IMG/VR virus record: IMGVR_UViG_3300023202_000273
Span: 1 to 55,443 of that record
Source of the DNA: a virus
Lineage: Duplodnaviria > Caudoviricetes
Reading direction: 5' to 3' (one strand)
DNA: 55,443 nt
How positions within the stretch are numbered: position 1 is the first letter of the stretch; each line of letters opens with the position of its first letter. A program made the position numbers and the translations under genes. This document shows positions 1-5,430 of this stretch, piece by piece. Under the pieces are notes generated by a model. The model was given only the letters and a program-made list of their open reading frames with translations, was not told the DNA's origin and ran no database searches.

Positions 1-127
1 GTCGTACGTCTCCGCAACCCCCAGCATCTCATTGTACCGATAGTACGGCAGGTTGCGCTGCGGTTCCCCGTGGTGCCACACCGGGCTGTGTCCATCAAAA
101 AAACTCATCGGCCTGTTGATGATCGTG
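1..127. repeat. Terminal 127-bp direct repeat, left copy (circular assembly overlap)
   Basis: 1-127 is identical to 55317-55443. 127 is a common assembler k-mer size, and an ORF reads through the join. Confidence 0.95.
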
Positions 128-408
128 TCGCAGTCCAGCGTCAGGTACCACGGGTGCCGGGTGACTGTTTGTGTCACTTTGAGCAGTTGCTGATAGATCC
201 ATGTAGGCCGATACCCGCACTGGTCCAAATCGGCTGGCAATATGTCAGTGTCAAGTACGTTGCGATCATTCCTCAGATCAATGGGCTGCGGCGAGCACAC
301 GACGATATCGTCTGCATCCGGTAGGTGGCGCCTGACTGACTCTATGACATATTTGAGCTTTGGCTGATCCTTTGGGTGCGCCGGGATAAAGACGCTGTAT
401 TTACTCAC
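1..408 (-). CDS. 5' part of an origin-spanning DUF6492-like glycosyltransferase (about 259 aa, continues 55316->54945)
   Basis: Manual translation from GTG at 408: MSKYSVFIPAHPKD...RPTWIYQQLLK...WYLTLDCDTIINRPMSFF. It is in frame with ORF 54945..55424 and has WxYQQLLK and DxD motifs. Confidence 0.7.
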   Translation of the reverse strand, partial: MSKYSVFIPAHPKDQPKLKYVIESVRRHLPDADDIVVCSPQPIDLRNDRNVLDTDILPADLDQCGYRPTWIYQQLLKVTQTVTRHPWYLTLDCDTIINRPMSFFDGHSPVWHHGEPQRNLPYYRYNEMLGVAETYD

Positions 409-1150
409 ACCAAAACCTCCCCTGCGATGGCTCGAACGTGTCTGCCAGATCGATGTGCCTGTCAGCATTCAGCCACCGGCGGAACGAATAAACTCGACGG
501 CATGACCCCATGGCACGACCCAAATACGCTGCCCACCACGCAAATGAGCTGTTTGATATTATCAGGTTCTCGTACGTCATCAGCCGGCGAAAATCATGCT
601 TGGCATCCCCGGACACATCAACAATGTCCGCGCTTACCATCCCGCGCAATTCTTTCACCCACCTCTGATCGATTTCGTTGCCAATCATTTCGACCTGCGA
701 AAACCCGGTCCGGTTAATAATGTCGGCGTACCACTGCGGATGTATAATGCTGCCGCCTTCGCCGACCTGAGCGTAGTCCTCGTGGCGCACCGCAATACCC
801 AAAATGCTGGCCACTGGCTCAGGCTGCGGAACCCGTACGTATTTGAGGATCCGCGACTCCTCTGCAAGGTAGTACCGCGCATGCTGCCAATAGCCGGTCA
901 GAACAACTGGTCGCCGCCCGTGATGTTGCCGGTGATACATGATAGGGCGATAACCGTCGCGGCCCTCATCGATTTTTATGGGACGCCCAGAGTATTCGGC
1001 CCCAGCCCGATTGCCAATGGATTCGATCATGTTACGGTGTACCCAGGGCGTGGTCAGCGCCACCCCCTGGTACTCCGAAAACAATCTCCCATAGATGTAC
1101 TGGAACAGATTGTTGCCAAAACGGCCTCCATAAACGAATGAAACCGTCAT
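401..1150 (-). CDS. GT11 alpha-1,2-fucosyltransferase-like glycosyltransferase
   Basis: GGRFGNNLFQY, GYWQ, AVRHEDY (variant of HVRRGDY) and IISNSSFAWWAAYL motifs. Confidence 0.85.
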   Translation of the reverse strand: MTVSFVYGGRFGNNLFQYIYGRLFSEYQGVALTTPWVHRNMIESIGNRAGAEYSGRPIKIDEGRDGYRPIMYHRQHHGRRPVVLTGYWQHARYYLAEESRILKYVRVPQPEPVASILGIAVRHEDYAQVGEGGSIIHPQWYADIINRTGFSQVEMIGNEIDQRWVKELRGMVSADIVDVSGDAKHDFRRLMTYENLIISNSSFAWWAAYLGRAMGSCRRVYSFRRWLNADRHIDLADTFEPSQGRFWCE

Positions 1151-1296
1151 TTTTTGGCAATCCCCTGACGCAGGAAAATCATTCCCAGCCCACCGAGGAT
1201 TGTCTGCATACCTGCTTCAGTGTCGCCGCCGACAATAAGTGTGACGCCGAACCCGACCGCTCCGAGACCGGTCCAGAATGTTTTTGATTTCCACAT
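1147..1296 (-). CDS. Small membrane protein, holin candidate (49 aa, not in the ORF track)
   Basis: MWKSKTFWTGLGAVGFGVTLIVGGDTEAGMQTILGGLGMIFLRQGIAKK. AAGGAG RBS, ATGA overlap with GT11, two hydrophobic segments and a basic tail. Confidence 0.65.
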   Translation of the reverse strand: MWKSKTFWTGLGAVGFGVTLIVGGDTEAGMQTILGGLGMIFLRQGIAKK

Positions 1297-1376
1297 TTTT
1301 TACTCCTTTGGTGAAAGTTAAACTTGTGCCGTTATGTTAATATATTACATTTTAATGTTATGCATTCGCTCGATAA

Positions 1377-1403
1377 CATAAATTCGGAATTTCCGAATTT
1401 ATG
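1377..1403. repeat. Perfect 13-bp inverted repeat
   Basis: CATAAATTCGGAA-T-TTCCGAATTTATG. Confidence 0.9.
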
Positions 1404-1454
1404 GCAACGATTGACACTATCCGAAGTTTTAATTTTTGATAGTGTCTGTTGTAC
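1402..1454 (-). other. attC-like site E
   Basis: Minus strand: GTACAAC-A-GACACTATC...GATAGTGTC-AATC-GTTGCCA, with perfect 9-bp arms. Confidence 0.6.
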
Positions 1455-1545
1455 GCTGTAACCGCAAAGCACATAGTAGCGTATGTTTTTCCCAAAGTTC
1501 ATAGGCTTGATTCTCAATTTTATTTTTATTACCTGTAACATACAG

Positions 1546-1935
1546 TCAGAGTTTGTGAAAATTGCGTAATTCTCGCAATGTCTCTTCTAACCTATTGCAT
1601 CTGCCAACGAGAGCGTCGAATTCGTTTGCATCTACCCAATTTTTGTTCTGATAAAACAACATATAATATTTTTTTCGGTATGTACGCTGTGCTAACTCAG
1701 TCCCACTTGTAATTACGGTGTCTTTATGATCGCATTGCGTGCTACCGCTGTTGTTTGTCTGTGGCTTGGCGCTCTCCTTGTATTGGGGCCACCGCACGAC
1801 CCATTGATACCAACCAACCATAATTCGCAAACCATAGCTGTGAGCAATAAAGCCAATCTGGAACCACCGATACCCTACCGACAACGATGCATAGTTTTGC
1901 TCACCACAACAATACTTAGATTTTGTTACTGCCAT
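1546..1935 (-). CDS. Cassette-borne hypothetical protein (MAVTKSKYCC...), probably a fusion across a decayed attC
   Basis: ATG at 1935 after GGGGG. The ORF reads through the attC-like hairpin at 1658-1756. Confidence 0.55.
   Translation of the reverse strand: MAVTKSKYCCGEQNYASLSVGYRWFQIGFIAHSYGLRIMVGWYQWVVRWPQYKESAKPQTNNSGSTQCDHKDTVITSGTELAQRTYRKKYYMLFYQNKNWVDANEFDALVGRCNRLEETLRELRNFHKL
1658..1756 (-). other. Degenerate attC-like site D
   Basis: AAACAAC-A-GCGGTAGCACGCAATGC...GCACAGCGTACATACCG, followed by an A-run where N5-GTT is expected. Confidence 0.55.
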
Positions 1936-1969
1936 TGTGCCCCCTATAATATGACCGCCAAGCCATTGC

Positions 1970-2041
1970 GCATAACGTTTGAGCAATGGTGAAGTACGAT
2001 TAGCATTTGCCGTAGGCCGAAGCACCATTGCTTTGTTGTGT
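1970..2041 (-). other. attC-like site B
   Basis: ACACAAC-AA-AGCAATGGTG...CACCATTGCT-CAAAC-GTTATGC, with perfect 10-bp arms. Confidence 0.7.
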
Positions 2042-2064
2042 GCCGTTGTAAATCGCCTTCCGCA

Positions 2065-2343
2065 TTATTCCTGCGCGGCGATCTTCTGATTTACATTCTG
2101 AGCTCTGACCAAAAACACTCCGTCATACATACCAACGGCTCCGGGAAAATTTCGTAAATCTTCGCTTAGGGCATGACAGGGAACCCAAGCTTTCTCATCA
2201 AACTCAAGTCCGTCTGGATTTGCTATCGCTTTATAGCCTTCACTTGTAAGCAAGAACGTTGGATTCTGCACACCAAAACCACGGAGGACTCTCCCGTAGT
2301 CAGCGATCACTTTCATCATTTTTGTTTCTGTTTTCATTCGCAT
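2065..2343 (-). CDS. Inner-cassette hypothetical protein (MRMKTETK...AAQE)
   Basis: GAGGAG RBS before ATG 2343. Bounded by ATTATAGGCGCGGCGA and TCGCCGCGCAGGAATAAT. Confidence 0.65.
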   Translation of the reverse strand: MRMKTETKMMKVIADYGRVLRGFGVQNPTFLLTSEGYKAIANPDGLEFDEKAWVPCHALSEDLRNFPGAVGMYDGVFLVRAQNVNQKIAAQE

Positions 2344-2558
2344 TTTGTTTTTCTCCTCGCCGCGCCTATAATAAGCTGGGCCTGTTGGCTGTTGCAAGTT
2401 TGCGACTTCCATCCATCCATAATGTTTGCGGGCGTTTCCTCGATCCATCCACAACCGCCACTATCCGGCAAACAAACCCACGGGCCACACCGCTGCATAC
2501 CAACACCATTATCAACAAAATCAGCTTCGCACTTGGTACCACACTTTGGACACTGCAT
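2334..2558 (-). CDS. Inner-cassette zinc-ribbon protein (MQCPKCG...)
   Basis: AAAGGA RBS; CPKC...C-x6-C pattern. Confidence 0.6.
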   Translation of the reverse strand: MQCPKCGTKCEADFVDNGVGMQRCGPWVCLPDSGGCGWIEETPANIMDGWKSQTCNSQQAQLIIGAARRKTKCE

Positions 2559-2613
2559 ATTGTTCCTTTCTTGCGCCCGCCTATAATTTCCAAAAGGCGA
2601 GCAATTTCCACCA

Positions 2614-2743
2614 ACGTAACGGTTTGCAAAATGTATGCTGTGCTCACTGCGGCACCTCCATGCCACAATCTTTGCAGACGTGATACGGCCCATCCGATAG
2701 GTCTTGGTGTCGGTGTAAGCATGGCATACTTTTGCTGTTGTGT
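2614..2743 (-). other. attC-like site A
   Basis: ACACAAC-A-GCAAAAGTATGCCATGC...GCACAGCATACATTTTGC-AAACC-GTT. The arms pair with one extrahelical base. Confidence 0.7.
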
Positions 2744-2943
2744 GCTGTTTGGTTTTGCTCCGCGTTTTCCTGCTCGGCCTCTGCTTCACACTGCGCGGCA
2801 TACGCTTCTTGTTCCGCTTGAGCTTCTGCGTCCATTGCAGCAACATATTTTTCTTCCACCAGTTTAATACCACGAGTAGCACAGAACTCTACCAAGGCAA
2901 GATAATCTTGCCCTTTATCTGAACCGATTACTATAACCTGCAC
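2644..2943 (-). CDS. First-cassette hypothetical protein (acidic helix plus C-terminal CxH/CxxC)
   Basis: GGAGG RBS and GTG at 2943. The C-terminus is encoded inside attC A. Confidence 0.6.
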   Translation of the reverse strand: MQVIVIGSDKGQDYLALVEFCATRGIKLVEEKYVAAMDAEAQAEQEAYAAQCEAEAEQENAEQNQTAHNSKSMPCLHRHQDLSDGPYHVCKDCGMEVPQ

Positions 2944-2972
2944 AAAACCTCCAAAGAGAAAATTATTTACAC

Positions 2973-2990
2973 CAACGTACACATCACGAA
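2973..2990 (-). other. Putative attI-like array entry site, copy 1
   Basis: TTCGTGATGTGTACGTTG, 17/18 identical to 18015-18032. Confidence 0.6.
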
Positions 2991-2991
2991 C

Positions 2992-3369
2992 CTAATATCC
3001 CCACATGACAACCGCATCAGATTGACGATTGTCGAGGTGGACAAACCGGTTGTCCTTGTACCCGATCCCGCGGAACCCGACCTCGATCGCGCACCTGATA
3101 AGGTTGCCCTCATGTTGGGGGTGAGACTGTGGATGCACGCAAACGACGTCAAAGCCGCAGACGTCGCCCCTGCACAGATGCTTGCTGTCCGGTGCACCGC
3201 CAACGGATGTGTTGTGGTCTGGGCATCGTGCTGCACTGGTCACGATCAGAGGCACATCCATGATCAGCCGCACCGTGTACAGCATCTCGACGGCTCTCTC
3301 CGGCGGCATCAGGCCGCACCCGCATTTGCATTCGAGTTCACTGTTTTTGAAATACTCTTTGACTAACAT
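2992..3369 (-). CDS. Peptidase M15 (Zn D-Ala-D-Ala carboxypeptidase-like) endolysin
   Basis: YFKNSELECKCGCG, SAARCPDHN, SKH...FDV and FVHLD motifs. Confidence 0.85.
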   Translation of the reverse strand: MLVKEYFKNSELECKCGCGLMPPERAVEMLYTVRLIMDVPLIVTSAARCPDHNTSVGGAPDSKHLCRGDVCGFDVVCVHPQSHPQHEGNLIRCAIEVGFRGIGYKDNRFVHLDNRQSDAVVMWGY

Positions 3370-3370
3370 T

Positions 3371-4126
3371 TTATCCCTCGGTTGTTTGCCGGTCTGCCCC
3401 CGGAAGGCGCAACCGCGGAGCCATGGCCCTTATGTGCATCTCCTCGGATTTTTGGCGATCGCTCCTGATTACGTGCTCGCTGTATCCGTTAGGGCAATAT
3501 ACGTATATTGGATCCGGAATGTGCCACACTCGATCAAACCCGGCCAGCTCAACGATTTGGTACATCAGCGCCATATCTCCGGCGGCCTCTATCCAGTCGC
3601 GCCCACAATGCATGTAGCTGTCCTGATTGATATGCGGCCATAGTGACGCCCTGAATGTTTTAAGGTGGCTTGTTGTCCAGTTTTGCCGTCGCACTGGGGT
3701 ATCTGATGCCAGCGGACCATTGTATCGGCCATACCTGCCATCCTCAGACTCGTACGACCCGTATGTCGCCATGATCTCGGGATGCTGAAGGTAAGTTTCC
3801 CTGACCACCCACAGAGCATGGTCGTGTAGGTAGTCATCCATGTCCACTATAACGACGATCTCATCGTCTGATGCCCCCTGCATGACCTCGCACACATTGC
3901 GCAGCAGCCCGCGGTAACCGGTCACGAAATCGCAGGTGCGATTGCGCCGGGCATCCAGCTTTGACTCATCAGCGCAGTCGATGTTAACATAATGGTGAAA
4001 TTTGTTGTACGTCTGTCGACTCACGCTGTCGCAGCATCGAGCCATTTTGGCCCGGTCGTGCCGCCCTGCAGAAATTACTCGAAAATGCACTATGACCTCC
4101 CGTGTCCTGTCGATAATATAATGCAA
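3371..4126 (-). CDS. GT2-family glycosyltransferase
   Basis: SVSRQTY, VIVDMDDYL, SHLKTFR and AGDMAL motifs. Confidence 0.8.
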   Translation of the reverse strand: MHYIIDRTREVIVHFRVISAGRHDRAKMARCCDSVSRQTYNKFHHYVNIDCADESKLDARRNRTCDFVTGYRGLLRNVCEVMQGASDDEIVVIVDMDDYLHDHALWVVRETYLQHPEIMATYGSYESEDGRYGRYNGPLASDTPVRRQNWTTSHLKTFRASLWPHINQDSYMHCGRDWIEAAGDMALMYQIVELAGFDRVWHIPDPIYVYCPNGYSEHVIRSDRQKSEEMHIRAMAPRLRLPGADRQTTEG

Positions 4127-4132
4127 CTCCCG

Positions 4133-4924
4133 CTATTTGCAAACCTGTTGCGCCAAATCCCTGCACCATGTCGCCACCAGCTCGATCGGGGCCCGCACGC
4201 GGGGGTCTATAATCTCGTTGATACACCGGCGGCACTCCTCGGTATCAACGAGGTCAGCCCACATCTTGGCGTCATCCGGTGTTATCCGCCACTGCAGAGC
4301 ATCATCGATATACTCGCGGCCCATTATCCGCGTATTGCGCACCACGCCGACATGTATCCCGAAATGGCGTTGGATTAGAGGCTCTTTGGGAGGTATCCCG
4401 ATAGGCTCGCATATGCGATACAACGCCAGCTCGTCATCAACCGGTCCACGCCCCCACCGGCGGTGGTTAATCATGTCCGCATACTCTGCCCGCTTATCGG
4501 CTGTACGGTCATACCACTCCTGCGTCGCCATGTGCAACCCGGTGAGCCGGACATTTCCCAATGCCTCCCGCCGCCGAGGCGAGTTCGAAAAGCACAGGCC
4601 AGTCTGTGCCATGCGTCCCTCATGATACTCCCACAGCGGTCCCGGCAGAAAAAACAGATCAACATCAGTGATATAAACTCGATGATGATCACCAGGGCGA
4701 CGCAGGAACCGCTCAACCGCCGCATGGTATTTGACTTTTGGGGCAATCTTATCAACTCGCACCTCCGCATCTGGGTGTGACATCTCCGCGCAATACCGGA
4801 ACAATGGCTCGTACTGCTCGTAATTGCCAGACACCACTGTGTAAATTAATTTTTCTTTTTTCGTTTTTAACTCTGTGTTTATGTCTTTCAACGATCTCAT
4901 ATCCTTAAGCCCTTCCGCAGCCAC
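4133..4924 (-). CDS. Probable GT-A glycosyltransferase-like protein
   Basis: YITDVDLFF (DxD), DDELALY and HFGIH motifs; sits next to the GT2 gene. Confidence 0.55.
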   Translation of the reverse strand: MAAEGLKDMRSLKDINTELKTKKEKLIYTVVSGNYEQYEPLFRYCAEMSHPDAEVRVDKIAPKVKYHAAVERFLRRPGDHHRVYITDVDLFFLPGPLWEYHEGRMAQTGLCFSNSPRRREALGNVRLTGLHMATQEWYDRTADKRAEYADMINHRRWGRGPVDDELALYRICEPIGIPPKEPLIQRHFGIHVGVVRNTRIMGREYIDDALQWRITPDDAKMWADLVDTEECRRCINEIIDPRVRAPIELVATWCRDLAQQVCK

Positions 4925-5325
4925 ACAAGGTCGCCCTTGATCTTTTTAAATCCCATCCTTTCCATAAGCGACCGGCCAGCATCTGTCGAGTCGCTGTACG
5001 ATGTCCTGACCCGTCCTACTCGCTGCTCTGACAGCAGTGCGTCTATCATCGATGCAGCAATGCCTCTGCGCCTGCGGTCCTCGTCGACGTGGATGTCACG
5101 GATCATCACATCCAAATACGGCACGCCCGGCTTTACCTCGCTGGGCACCTTATACCACTTAACCTCGCCCTTCACTATCTCCCACAGCAACGGAGCCATG
5201 TGCACCTCCATCCACCCGACGTGAGGCTTATCCGGATGCGGGTAATACGTGTAGTACATCCGCGTGACTTGCTCAGGCTTGGATAAGCGTATCACTCCGT
5301 CTGACTTTGGTATATCAGCTTTCAC
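4897..5325 (-). CDS. GNAT acetyltransferase
   Basis: IHVDEDRRRRGIA acetyl-CoA-binding motif A and LMERMGF. Confidence 0.8.
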   Translation of the reverse strand: MKADIPKSDGVIRLSKPEQVTRMYYTYYPHPDKPHVGWMEVHMAPLLWEIVKGEVKWYKVPSEVKPGVPYLDVMIRDIHVDEDRRRRGIAASMIDALLSEQRVGRVRTSYSDSTDAGRSLMERMGFKKIKGDLVWLRKGLRI

Positions 5326-5430
5326 ATGTGCCTCCGTTTTTTGCGGCGCTTGCTGGCACGCTGTATTGCCTGTTCGATCATGGCCGCCATTAATGGTGAT
5401 GCCAAATCGACAGGCGGTGGGGTATGCCTT

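Larger units (their letters stand above)
1317..2990 (-). mobile_element. Integron-like gene-cassette array 1 (no integrase)
   Basis: AT-rich block of short ORFs separated by attC-like hairpins at 2614-2743, 1970-2041, 1658-1756 (degenerate) and 1402-1454. It starts at the motif shared with array 2. Confidence 0.7.

Noticed and set aside
1315-1342. dif/Xer site (TTATGTTAAT resembles the XerD arm)
   Set aside because: The arm is one base short and there is no XerC-like arm at 6-bp spacing.
2334-2882. 182-aa ORF treated as one gene
   Set aside because: The 5' part overlaps ORF 2644-2943 out of frame and crosses an attC-like site. The RBS supports a start at 2558.
1317-2990. CRISPR array
   Set aside because: The repeats are imperfect inverted structures separated by whole genes, not identical direct repeats with 30-40 bp spacers.
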